The notes under the pieces are model-generated. The model made no database searches. It had not been told where the DNA came from and was given only the letters and a program-made list of their open reading frames with translations. Positions 55,009 to 64,000 of a DNA stretch of 64,000 bases are shown in pieces. This stretch comes from Minisyncoccota bacterium (GTDB lineage: Bacteria > Patescibacteriota > Minisyncoccia > Phycocordibacterales > SBAW01), in the NCBI GenBank assembly GCA_018060985.1, contig JAGOUZ010000001.1:21057-85056 (forward strand), written 5' to 3'. Position 1 is the stretch's first letter. Each line of letters begins with the position of its first letter. A program made the translations under genes and the position numbers.

Positions 55009-55734
55009 ATGACCGAAGCATCAGAGCCAGCAATGCATCCTGAGGAGCCACATACGGGTGGAGAGGGTTCTAAACTTAACTGGCTGCGAGCAGCCGTGCT
55101 GGGCGCCAACGACGGCATTGTATCTGTTGCTGCACTGGTGGTTGGCGTAGCAGGTGCCACCGACTCGGCAAGCTTTATTTTTACTGCCGGCATTGCCGGT
55201 GTTATCGCAGGCGCCCTCTCAATGGCCGTTGGTGAGTATGTCTCGGTCTCAAGCCAAAGCGACACCGAAAAGGCGCTTATTGAAAAAGAGCGTCGCGAGC
55301 TTGCCGAGGAGCCAGACATAGAACTTGAGGAGCTTACAAAAATATACGAAAACAAGGGTCTTTCCCGCTCTACCGCCGAAACTGTGGCAAAAGAGCTGAC
55401 TGCACACGATGCCCTTACGGCTCACCTTGAGGCCGAGCTGAACATCCGCCAGGAGCACCTAACTAACCCCTGGCAGGCTGCAGTAGCATCGGCGGCATCG
55501 TTTTTTGCCGGCGCGGCACTACCTATGATTGCCATCACGGTGCCGCCGCCCGAGTGGCGCATCCAGGTCACTTTTGTGTCGGTCGCTCTAGCTCTAGCCA
55601 TTACCGGCTCTCTCAGCGCGTATGTGGGTGATGCAAGCAAAAAGCGCGCCACCATGCGTGTGGTGATGGGGGGCGCGCTTGCGATGGCAATAACCTTCGG
55701 TATTGGCAAGATATTTGGCGTTACAGGGATATAG
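55009..55734 (+). CDS. VIT1/CCC1-family iron/manganese transporter
   Basis: NWLRAAVLGANDGIVSVAALVVGVAGA, GEYVSVSSQ, cytoplasmic helical insert, C-terminal TMs. Confidence 0.8.
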   Translation: MTEASEPAMHPEEPHTGGEGSKLNWLRAAVLGANDGIVSVAALVVGVAGATDSASFIFTAGIAGVIAGALSMAVGEYVSVSSQSDTEKALIEKERRELAEEPDIELEELTKIYENKGLSRSTAETVAKELTAHDALTAHLEAELNIRQEHLTNPWQAAVASAASFFAGAALPMIAITVPPPEWRIQVTFVSVALALAITGSLSAYVGDASKKRATMRVVMGGALAMAITFGIGKIFGVTGI

Positions 55735-55792
55735 GTTTGGGGGTCCTGTAGTTGTAGCTTTTATATTTATTTTGTGAGATTGTAGCTAGCCC

Positions 55793-56428
55793 ATGTTACA
55801 CCCTGAGCCACTCCCCATTCTCTGGCAGAAACGCCTTTTTGACGTTGTTGCAGCAACCTTTTTAATTGCGCTCACCTCGCCACTATTTGTACTGTTTACA
55901 GTGCTTATAGTGCTGGAGCACATCCTGCGTGGCCGTCCGTTTGACCCGCTATTTTATTGCGACACGCGCATATCGCGCGGAAAAAAGTTCCGTCTGTGTA
56001 AATTTAATATCTTCGACCAGCGTGTCATAGATAAATTCCGCAAGGACGGAGTATTTATTCATACCAAACACCTTGAGTGGCAGGGCCAACTTCTTTGGGT
56101 TGGTAAAGTCTTACGACAAATCTATCTCGATGAGCTACCTCAGCTGTTTAATGTCCTCAAGGGAGATATGTCGGTAGTAGGTCCCCGCCCGGTTAACCTA
56201 GAGGTATTTGCCAAGATGTGCGAACAGGGTGTCCCGCCGGTTGCTCTTATTTTAGGAGGCACCACGGGTAACTATCAGTCACGCAAAGATACGAAAGGGG
56301 TCAGCGCCGCTGCTCTCGAGGCAGAATATTTGGCTCAATATAAAAAAGGCGGATGGCAGATTGTGTTCACGGATATACGCACGATACTGCGAACCCTAAA
56401 GGTATTGTTACGTGCAGAGGGAGTGTAA
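55793..56428 (+). CDS. undecaprenyl-phosphate sugar phosphotransferase (Bac_transf family)
   Basis: KRLFD start, DELPQLFNVLKGDMSVVGPRP. Confidence 0.8.
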   Translation: MLHPEPLPILWQKRLFDVVAATFLIALTSPLFVLFTVLIVLEHILRGRPFDPLFYCDTRISRGKKFRLCKFNIFDQRVIDKFRKDGVFIHTKHLEWQGQLLWVGKVLRQIYLDELPQLFNVLKGDMSVVGPRPVNLEVFAKMCEQGVPPVALILGGTTGNYQSRKDTKGVSAAALEAEYLAQYKKGGWQIVFTDIRTILRTLKVLLRAEGV

Positions 56429-56455
56429 ACGGGCAATACGGTACACTAATCACTT

Positions 56456-57751
56456 ATGGTTAAAACGTTTTACTACATCGCTGCCAACACTCTGCTTGTA
56501 ACCCTTACAAACTTTATTGTCTGGTTTGCGCTCACCTTCTGGCTCTATCTAGAGACCCAATCGGTCTTAGCGACCGGCATTATCGGAGGCTCCTTTATGG
56601 CCATCACTGCCGTACTGGGCATGTGGCTTGGCTCTATTGTCGACCATAATAAAAAGAAGACGGTACTGATGTGGTCAAGTTTGATTACGCTCGCCTTCTT
56701 TAGTCTAGCGCTGGTGTTGTTCGTGAGCGCACCTGAAACAGAGTTTATACAGCTGACAAACCCAGGGCTGTGGTTCTTTGTGTTTGCGCTTCTCGCCGGA
56801 GTGCTTGCGGGCAACCTGCGCGGCATTGCGCTCCCGACACTGGTGACCCTTCTGGTGCCAGATGACCGCCGCGACAAAGCCAATGGCATGACTGGCATGA
56901 TTATGGGCCTCTCGTCCTCCGGCGCAGGCATTGTGAGCGGTTTTGCGCTCGCCTACCTTGGCATGTTTTGGATATTGGTTGGCGGCGTTGTGTTTACCGC
57001 GCTTTCCATCGTGCACCTATTTTTTATTTCAATTCCTGAGGCCGCGATAGTACACACCGAAGAAAAACCTAAAAAGATAGACATTAAGGGCACGATAGCG
57101 GTTATTGCGGGAATTAACGGCCTGTTTGCACTCATATTCTTTACGACCTTCAACAATTTCCTCGGTGGCGTATTTATGGCGCTGATGGACCCTTACGGCC
57201 TGTCGCTTATGTCGGTGCAGGCGTGGGGCACGGCATGGGGCTTCCTGAGCCTTGGGTTTATCGCTGGCGGCATGTATATAGCAAAATACGGCCTCGGTAA
57301 AAATCCGCTGAGAAGCCTCTTCGTGGTCAACATTCTCATGTGGGTGGCATGTATTATCTTCCCGCTGCAGGCTTCTATCCCGCTGCTACTTGCAGGCATT
57401 CTCGTGTGGACATTGCTTATGCCGTTTATCGAAGCAACCGAACATACGATTGTGCAGAAAATTGTTCCCTTTGAGCGTCAGGGGCGCGTCTTTGGTTTTG
57501 CACAGAGTGTTGAGACCGCTGCCTCTCCGGTGACATCATTTATGATCGGCCCGATAGCACAATTTATCTTTATTCCGTTTATGACTACCGGCGCAGGCGT
57601 AACGCTCATAGGCGACTGGTTTGGCGTTGGCCCCGGCCGCGGTATGGCGCTTGTGTTTATAATTGCCGCTGTGATTGGCCTTATCGTCACGCTTGTCGCT
57701 ATGCGCTCACGACCCTACAAACTCCTCGCCGCTCGCTACCAGGCAGAGTAG
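56456..57751 (+). CDS. MFS transporter
   Basis: 12 TM helices, 431 aa. Confidence 0.75.
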   Translation: MVKTFYYIAANTLLVTLTNFIVWFALTFWLYLETQSVLATGIIGGSFMAITAVLGMWLGSIVDHNKKKTVLMWSSLITLAFFSLALVLFVSAPETEFIQLTNPGLWFFVFALLAGVLAGNLRGIALPTLVTLLVPDDRRDKANGMTGMIMGLSSSGAGIVSGFALAYLGMFWILVGGVVFTALSIVHLFFISIPEAAIVHTEEKPKKIDIKGTIAVIAGINGLFALIFFTTFNNFLGGVFMALMDPYGLSLMSVQAWGTAWGFLSLGFIAGGMYIAKYGLGKNPLRSLFVVNILMWVACIIFPLQASIPLLLAGILVWTLLMPFIEATEHTIVQKIVPFERQGRVFGFAQSVETAASPVTSFMIGPIAQFIFIPFMTTGAGVTLIGDWFGVGPGRGMALVFIIAAVIGLIVTLVAMRSRPYKLLAARYQAE

Positions 57752-57799
57752 TCAATTTATTGGCATCTTGTTTTAGGGCGGTATACTAGAGAGGTACTT

Positions 57800-58681
57800 A
57801 TGCAAAAGCTTCCACCACTCGTATGGGGTCTGTTTGGCGTGTTGCTTGCTGCCCTTCTTGGCCTAGGCGGCTATAGCTATGTCCAAATCACCGAGCTTAC
57901 AACTCGTCTCGAAAACCTTTCTGTTGAGTTTGTAGCGACCACTAACGTTCTCAAAGACCAGATAGCGACCACCAGTCTAGCTTTTGAAAGCGCCATTGCG
58001 ACTGAGCGTCAAAATATAGAATCAAAGCTCGGCACGGTAGAGAACCGTGTTGGCTCTATCTCTGGCACCGTGGGCACCCTTGAAAAACTTTCGAAAACCG
58101 ACCCGGAGCTCTTGCAGAAATATTCTAAAGTGTTTTTCCTCAATGAACACTATGCGCCAGAACGCGTTTCAACCATTGATACTAAGTACCTCTATCGCGA
58201 ACAAAACCCTGAAGTCATTCAGGCAAGCGTATGGCCACGGCTCCGCAGCCTGTTAGAAGCGGCGGAAGATGATGACATAGCACTGTATGTTTCTTCAGCC
58301 TATCGATCATTCGACGAACAGAAAGCGCTTAAGGGTGCCTATTCGGTAACCTACGGTGCAGGCACAGCTAACACCTTTTCTGCTGACCAGGGGTACAGCG
58401 AACACCAGCTCGGTACTACATTGGACTTTATTACCACCGGTCTCGGTGGCCAGCTTGAAGGCTTTGACACAACCGCTGCGTATAAATGGCTCCTTAAAAA
58501 TGCTCATAAATACGGCTTTACACTTTCGTATCCACAGGGCAACAAAAGCTATATCTTTGAGCCCTGGCACTGGCGCTACGTAGGAGTAGAGCTAGCTACC
58601 TATCTCTATACCAACGATCTACATTTTTATGACCTCGAACAACGCAAAATCGACGAGTATCTGGTAAATATCTTCGACTAG
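57800..58681 (+). CDS. membrane-anchored D-Ala-D-Ala carboxypeptidase (VanY/M15B)
   Basis: SAYRSFDEQ, SEHQLGTTLD, EPWHWRY motifs. Confidence 0.75.
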   Translation: MQKLPPLVWGLFGVLLAALLGLGGYSYVQITELTTRLENLSVEFVATTNVLKDQIATTSLAFESAIATERQNIESKLGTVENRVGSISGTVGTLEKLSKTDPELLQKYSKVFFLNEHYAPERVSTIDTKYLYREQNPEVIQASVWPRLRSLLEAAEDDDIALYVSSAYRSFDEQKALKGAYSVTYGAGTANTFSADQGYSEHQLGTTLDFITTGLGGQLEGFDTTAAYKWLLKNAHKYGFTLSYPQGNKSYIFEPWHWRYVGVELATYLYTNDLHFYDLEQRKIDEYLVNIFD

Positions 58682-58700
58682 TCTGCATGCTCTAAACACA

Positions 58701-58738
58701 AAGCCGCGCCCCCTTTGGAGCGCGGCTTTTCTTTTTTC
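58701..58738. terminator. bidirectional intrinsic terminator
   Basis: aagccgcgccccctttggagcgcggctt + ttcttttttc between convergent genes. Confidence 0.6.
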
Positions 58739-58752
58739 TTACGTACTTCCTT

Positions 58753-60360
58753 TTACTGTCCTGGGTTCGGAACATTCTGTTCCTGCCAGTCGGCTGCAGT
58801 GTTGGTATCCACTGTCGCGTCTATGCGCGCAATAGAGTGCCCAGCATTAACGTCGATATTAGGAACCGAGGGTGAGAAGGCGGTGGTGTTGGTACCCCAG
58901 CTTACCGCATCAACTGTAGTCGTGCCGACAACAAGCACTAGGGATACCATATCTCCAGAATTGCCTAAGCCGTTGCCCAGCGTAGTGTTAGCGATTTGAG
59001 CTATCACTGCGTCAGCTGGGATGGTGTAGAAAGACGCTGTGGTAGAAGATGCGACAATTACGGCATATTTCCCTGCTGGGACGACCACATTTGGTAGCGC
59101 GTCGGTTGAAGACGCATCGCTTATTGAATAATCGGACAACGTTATTGAGCTATTAGTCCCATTAAATAACTCTATCCATTCGTTTGCAGTTTCGCTGCCC
59201 TGTGGAGTAGTGGTCGAGGTAGTAAGGTCATACATCACCTCTGTAATAAGGAGCTTTCCTGTTGGTGTGGGATCTTCTGCATCCAGGATTACATTAACTG
59301 TGATCGTGTCTGCGATAGTGCCGCCATCTCCTGTGCAGGTGAGCGTATAGGTAGTTGTCGCTGTTGGGCCCACCACTTCACTGCCATCCACTGCCTTGCC
59401 GCCGTTCCAGCCATTTGAGGCAGTGCAGGACGTTGCATTTGAGGAGTTCCACGTAAGCGTGGTCGTGGCACCTTCGTTAATAGTATTTTGTGCTGCCGTA
59501 AAGGTAAGCGTTGGATCTTCAGGTTCTGGAGCAACGGACGTTACGCTAACCACAACACTCTGCGTTGTGGTGCCACCTGCACCTGAACACTCGAGCTGAT
59601 ACGTCGTCGTTGCTGTTGGGGACACACTCTGTGACCCATCTACCGTCTTAGACCCTGACCAGCCATTTGTTGCTGTGCAGGCTGTAGCGTTCGTTGAGTC
59701 CCAGGTAAGAACTGAAGAGGAACCAGTTTGTATAGAGGTCGGATTAGCGCTAAAGCTAAGCGTTGGCTGTGTGGGTGTTGGGAAGTTACAGGAGTCTCCG
59801 TCCCAAGTTCCCCCATTCGCTACGCACTGTGCATCAGCACAGGGACCGCTTGATTGATTACCGGGCACATTTGGGCACGCGTCAGTAGGTTGCGGCACTT
59901 CGCACGAGTCGCCATCCCACGTACCCCCATTGTCCTCACAGACATCGTCTGCACACGGACGGGAAGTCTGATCACCTGGCACATTTGGGCATTTATCAAC
60001 CGGCGGAGGCGGAGGAGTATCTTTTTTACATGGCAAGAACACCGGCACCGAGAGCCAGCCCGCTTTAATAGTTGAAGGGCACAGTTTACCCGGGAAATTA
60101 TTAAAGTTACCAAAAAAGTTGGAAGAATTTCCCTTCCTTGAGGAATTTTCTTCACTTGCCTCTTCACTTACATCTATATCATCTAACCTCTCATCTGCAG
60201 CAATGCGCATTTGTATACGCTCTTGTGCACTCTGCCGTATGCTATCTCGGTCAAGAGAAAGCCCGCCCTGTGCAGCACTAACTGCAAATGGCGTAACAAC
60301 GAATAACGAGACCCCGATCAGTAACCCAACAGTCTTCCCCAAACAACGCAGTCGGTCCAT
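58753..60360 (-). CDS. secreted surface protein: Cys-knot repeats, two Ig-like repeats, C-terminal lamin-tail domain
   Basis: signal peptide; repeated CPNVPG...C..GGTWDGDSC; duplicated about 95-aa Ig-like units; LTD pattern LLITEVMYD...EWIELFN. Confidence 0.7.
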   Translation of the reverse strand: MDRLRCLGKTVGLLIGVSLFVVTPFAVSAAQGGLSLDRDSIRQSAQERIQMRIAADERLDDIDVSEEASEENSSRKGNSSNFFGNFNNFPGKLCPSTIKAGWLSVPVFLPCKKDTPPPPPVDKCPNVPGDQTSRPCADDVCEDNGGTWDGDSCEVPQPTDACPNVPGNQSSGPCADAQCVANGGTWDGDSCNFPTPTQPTLSFSANPTSIQTGSSSVLTWDSTNATACTATNGWSGSKTVDGSQSVSPTATTTYQLECSGAGGTTTQSVVVSVTSVAPEPEDPTLTFTAAQNTINEGATTTLTWNSSNATSCTASNGWNGGKAVDGSEVVGPTATTTYTLTCTGDGGTIADTITVNVILDAEDPTPTGKLLITEVMYDLTTSTTTPQGSETANEWIELFNGTNSSITLSDYSISDASSTDALPNVVVPAGKYAVIVASSTTASFYTIPADAVIAQIANTTLGNGLGNSGDMVSLVLVVGTTTVDAVSWGTNTTAFSPSVPNIDVNAGHSIARIDATVDTNTAADWQEQNVPNPGQ

Positions 60361-60460
60361 AGGTATATGCGAATGTTATTCAAATAATTGAAAGTACTAC
60401 CTTGATACTACTCTCAATACTCTCGCTTCAAAGGTGCGGGATGTGAATAACTGGGGACAG

Positions 60461-61666
60461 CTAGCGCATTCGCACTACCACCCACCACGCCAAGACGATA
60501 AGAAATCCGCCGATAACAAACGGCGCACTGATGCCTAAAAATCCAGAGCCAACGCCTGCAAGTACAGGTCCCACACCGTTTGAAAGCGCAAGAATAGAGC
60601 CATTTATACCGAGTGCTACACCCTGCTTCTGTTCTGACACTCCTTTACTTATAAGCCCTGTAATCGTAGCGATGGCCAACCCCTGCCCTATAGCCACAAA
60701 CGGCATAACCGCGTAGAGCCAGAGGACGTTCGGCAAAAATGCATATGATGCTGAAGAGAGTGCGAGCATAACTAAACCCCACTTAAGTATGGCGCGGTCG
60801 CGGAAGCGGTCGAGCACGATACGCAAGATAACTGCCTGAGTAATAGCGACCCAAATGCCAACTACGGCAAAGAATGCCCCCACCATACCCGGACTAAATT
60901 TAAACTTAACGACAAGAAGTATGCCGATGAATGTCGTAAAGAATGCAAACCCTGCCTGTGACAGGAAGTTTGTCAGATACACAGGTCTAGCATCCTTGTC
61001 TAAGACTGCGGAACGGATGTTATGAAGCCCTCGCCAAATGTCGAAATGATGCTTTTCTTCTGCTGATACTTTGCGAGTTTCAGGAAGAAACAAGCTAATA
61101 AAGACCAAGTTTACGATACCAAGGGCCCCCGCTACCCAAAACGGTGCTGTGGCCGAAGCAGAAAAGTCAGAGATTAGACCGCCGAGGAGCGGCCCCAGAA
61201 TAAAGCCTATACCGAAGGCGGCACCTACGAGACCAAAGTTCTTAGCACGATCCTGGGGTGGCGTAACATCTGCTATCGCAGCCTGCGCGATAGAAAAGTT
61301 TGCGGCTCCAAGACCGCTGATTGCGCGACTAATAAACAGAAGTGGTAGAGACATAACTGCAATTGCAAAGCCGAAGACGAGCTGAGAAATAGCAAATACC
61401 GCAATACCTACGGTAAGGAGCTTCTTGCGGCCGTATACGTCAGAGAGTTCGCCCAAAATGGGTGCGACGATAAACTGCACGACACTAAAGAGCGCTGTGA
61501 GCACCCCCGCCATAACGTAGCGCATATCTACCGAGTAGCCCTGAAGCATAAAGTAGGGCGAAAGAGAGTCGGTAAATATGGCCGGCAGAATTGGGAAAAT
61601 CATTCCCACGCCGATCATGTCTAACAGAAGAGTACCGAATAGCACGGCTAAAACGCGTTTTTGCAT
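60461..61666 (-). CDS. MFS transporter (TetA/TCR-like)
   Basis: 12 TM, N-terminal MFS motif region. Confidence 0.8.
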   Translation of the reverse strand: MQKRVLAVLFGTLLLDMIGVGMIFPILPAIFTDSLSPYFMLQGYSVDMRYVMAGVLTALFSVVQFIVAPILGELSDVYGRKKLLTVGIAVFAISQLVFGFAIAVMSLPLLFISRAISGLGAANFSIAQAAIADVTPPQDRAKNFGLVGAAFGIGFILGPLLGGLISDFSASATAPFWVAGALGIVNLVFISLFLPETRKVSAEEKHHFDIWRGLHNIRSAVLDKDARPVYLTNFLSQAGFAFFTTFIGILLVVKFKFSPGMVGAFFAVVGIWVAITQAVILRIVLDRFRDRAILKWGLVMLALSSASYAFLPNVLWLYAVMPFVAIGQGLAIATITGLISKGVSEQKQGVALGINGSILALSNGVGPVLAGVGSGFLGISAPFVIGGFLIVLAWWVVVRMR

Positions 61667-61720
61667 ATCGGATTACTCTATCATGATACTCACTAGTGCC
61701 AATACGTACTATTTAGACAC

Positions 61721-62860
61721 TTATCTCCACTCTTTAAGCAGTTGCCACTTGTGGTTGAGTACCGTGCCCAGCGTAAGGAGCATCAGTGCAAACTGTATCA
61801 GCCACCCAACGAACGGTAGCGCGCTTAATATCACGTACGCAAACACGCCAATGAGAATAGACTTCCAGTTAACAACAAACTCTCCCTTCGTAAACCATTG
61901 GTAGACAAAGCTACCAAGTAGCACTGGCGCCATAAGCCAGGTAAAGATCATCAGTGCTACGAACCCGATAAGGCCGAGTATACCGAGGGGTAGACCAATT
62001 ACCGTGATCATGAGCAGTACCGAGAGCACAGGAAGCACGATAAGCGCTATAAGTCCGCGAGCCATTTCTGGCCAAGGGCGGCGCAAGGCGCTATGTACCA
62101 AGTGTGTGCTGTAACGTTTAAATACCAAGCCAATCACCAAGGCACCGGTCAGAAGCATAAGAATCTTCACAAACAGCCCGAAGGAGATAAACGCTGCGAG
62201 AGCCGCCCCGCTTGCATGTTTGCCTGGAGTTGGGGTGTAGGTAGTCTGACCACGCACCTGCGCCCCTTGCTCTATAATCGCTGCATTTGGTGACTTGTAG
62301 GTAAAATTGCCGGAAATAATAGCGTTGCTCCCAAGAGTAATTTTATCTGCCTCAATTTCTACATTGCCTGCAACCGGTCCATTTATATACACCTCTCCGC
62401 CACCTGCTTTAACATCCTGCCCTACTGGTGACTCAATGCGCACCGTGCCGCCGCCCGCGAGCACGTCACCGCCAATCTGACCCCCCGCTAACTGTATCTG
62501 ACCTCCGCCCACAACCACATCACCTCCCACAGGGCCCTGCACGACAATCGTGCCTCCGCCAATACGTAAGTCATCGCCTACCGAACCGGTAACCGTAACG
62601 GTACCGCCGCCAATGACTGCATCTGCCAGTACTGAACCGGTAATAAGCACCGTACCGCCACCCGCATATAAATCGCCCCCTATAGATCCGGCAGAAGTTA
62701 CCGTGCCTCCTGCAGCATATACATCGTCAGCAATATTCTCTCCTGCATTCGCATGAATGCTAACGGTATCCCCCGAATGAAAGGTTGCTGCTAACACTAC
62801 AGCCGGTACCAAAAAAGCAATACCGACAGCGCCCATGACCCGAAAAGTCGTTTTAGTCAT
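61721..62860 (-). CDS. membrane protein with extracytoplasmic beta-helical GG-rich repeats (DUF4097/bactofilin-like) and C-terminal TM helices
   Basis: tandem units like GGGTVxVxGxVGGDV; N-terminal signal; 4 C-terminal TMs. Confidence 0.5.
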   Translation of the reverse strand: MTKTTFRVMGAVGIAFLVPAVVLAATFHSGDTVSIHANAGENIADDVYAAGGTVTSAGSIGGDLYAGGGTVLITGSVLADAVIGGGTVTVTGSVGDDLRIGGGTIVVQGPVGGDVVVGGGQIQLAGGQIGGDVLAGGGTVRIESPVGQDVKAGGGEVYINGPVAGNVEIEADKITLGSNAIISGNFTYKSPNAAIIEQGAQVRGQTTYTPTPGKHASGAALAAFISFGLFVKILMLLTGALVIGLVFKRYSTHLVHSALRRPWPEMARGLIALIVLPVLSVLLMITVIGLPLGILGLIGFVALMIFTWLMAPVLLGSFVYQWFTKGEFVVNWKSILIGVFAYVILSALPFVGWLIQFALMLLTLGTVLNHKWQLLKEWR

Positions 62861-62898
62861 AAAAATATACTAGCGATTAGTAGCGTAAGCATAACACA

Positions 62899-62928
62899 CG
62901 GCCGCCCCGCGATGATGCGGGGCGGCCG
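62899..62928. other. GC-rich perfect hairpin (12-bp stem) downstream of the SWIB gene
   Basis: cggccgccccgcgatgatgcggggcggccg. Confidence 0.35.
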
Positions 62929-62952
62929 ATAGGTGTTAAATCGCAACCGAAA

Positions 62953-63207
62953 TTATTTGAGGTGTCCGGAAACCAGTTTAGTCATCTCGAACATCGTTAC
63001 CTCGTTTTTGCCGAAAATCTTCTTCAGCTTGTCGTCTGCTAAGATATTGCGCTTGTTCTTTGGGTTCTGAAGGTCGTGCTTCTTGATGTACACCCAGATC
63101 TTTTTAACGACTTCAGAGCGCGGCATAGGACCCTTCCCTATTACGTCTTCAAGGTCAGACGAAAGGTTCATAGGCTTCGTTAGAGCCGCATTTGCAGTTC
63201 TCACCAT
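62953..63207 (-). CDS. SWIB/MDM2-domain protein (84 aa)
   Basis: GPMPRSEVVKKIWVYIKKHDLQNPKNKRNILADDKLKKIFG...MFEMTKLVSGHLK, near-canonical standalone SWIB. Confidence 0.8.
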   Translation of the reverse strand: MVRTANAALTKPMNLSSDLEDVIGKGPMPRSEVVKKIWVYIKKHDLQNPKNKRNILADDKLKKIFGKNEVTMFEMTKLVSGHLK

Positions 63208-63284
63208 AGATTTAATTCCAACTATCTACTAATTAAATAATAATTACTTTCCCGAAATCTATTATACTGTAGATATTATGCGCA

Positions 63285-64000
63285 AGGAGCTAATGGTACT
63301 CATCGGTGGATTGCTAGTTTTGGGCCTTTTAATAGTGCTGTTTAAACCAAATGCGGAGCAAAACGTACCACAAGAAGAGGGGGCAAATATCCAAAAAACC
63401 CTTAGTTTTAGCCTTCCCACGGGATTTGAGGCCACGCTGTATAGCGGAGATGTGCCTGGAGTACGCGTTATTACCCGCGATTCTAAGACAACGATCGTAG
63501 CCTCCCTGACCTCTGAAGGAAAGGTGGTTGCCCTCCCAAACAGCGACTTTGACCAAATTGCAGACAGGGTCGTAACCGTGCTCGAAGGGCTAAATCATCC
63601 CCATGGAGTCGCCTTTATAGGTGACACACTCTACGTTGCAGAGGAGGGAGCGGTAAAATCTTATACGTACAATCCGGATACCTTTACTGCGACATATATA
63701 GAAACACTGACTACCCTACCGACCGGAGACGGACACTCAACACGTTCGCTCATGGTGTGGCCCGATAATTCAAAGTTATTGGTATCTGCCGGATCGTCCT
63801 GCAATGTTTGTCATGAGGAAGATCCACGACGCGCAGCTATACTCTCGATTAATTTAGCTACAAAAGAAGTTACACCATTTGCCAAAGGTCTCCGTAATAC
63901 GGTCTTCATGGCCCTTCACCCAGTTACCGGCGACATTTGGGGCACCGAGATGGGCCGGGACTGGCTGGGCGACGACCTGCCCCCGGAAGAAATCAATATT
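63285..64000 (+). CDS. PQQ-dependent sugar (glucose/sorbosone) dehydrogenase, 5' part (runs off window)
   Basis: AAGGAG RBS; N-terminal TM; LNHPHGVAFIGDTLYVAE propeller motif; not in ORF track because no stop within window. Confidence 0.7.

Noticed and set aside
1-64000. CRISPR arrays, rRNA genes, transposase/IS elements
   Set aside because: No short regularly spaced identical repeats, no rRNA-like segments, and no transposase-like ORFs seen anywhere in the window.

Overview
This 64 kb window comes from a bacterial chromosome of about 48% GC. It is densely coding and mostly minus-strand, and the gene content suggests a small-genome uncultivated lineage (CPR/Patescibacteria-like), which is inference only.

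Main content, in order:
- 1-28 kb: housekeeping core. It includes rarA, an FAD-linked oxidase, mpg, tRNA-Glu, and one long co-directional cell-envelope cluster running proS, mreB, mreC, mreD, mrdA, greA, class I lysyl-tRNA synthetase, mraZ, rsmH, ftsL-like, ftsI, murF. It also holds rseP, frr, nth, holB, a second mreB copy, murA, def-fmt and hpf.
- 28.5-37 kb: an exopolysaccharide-type surface locus. It has a processive GT2 synthase, a small membrane protein, a giant 1904-aa multidomain surface protein and a GH-A-like hydrolase. The giant protein carries a PQQ-sugar-dehydrogenase-like propeller, a PKD domain, five CBM4_9-like modules, four Ig-like domains and a polysaccharide deacetylase (NodB) domain split by a CBM insertion.
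- 40.4-50.7 kb: a putative integrated element next to tRNA-Asn. Its right boundary candidate is a 19-bp repeat of the tRNA 3' end inside a nested palindrome. It carries a large serine recombinase, an iteron array with an AT-rich region and a wHTH gene (plasmid-like origin), a SpoVG-like gene, a NirK-type copper nitrite reductase with an N-terminal membrane domain plus an ArsR regulator, a class I ribonucleotide reductase whose ATP-cone is fused to NrdB while NrdA has none, and two flavoprotein genes.
- 51-64 kb: secreted and membrane proteins, a SET-domain protein, a VIT1-family transporter, a sugar-phosphate transferase, two MFS transporters, a VanY-like peptidase, a lamin-tail-domain surface protein, a SWIB/MDM2-domain protein, and the start of a second PQQ-dependent sugar dehydrogenase.

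Other points worth a second look:
- two GC-rich genes (GC3 near 90%) that look horizontally acquired: a tandem cold-shock-domain gene and a secreted S1-like protease
- a promoter-to-terminator GC-rich candidate ncRNA or leader immediately upstream of def
- no CRISPR array or rRNA found
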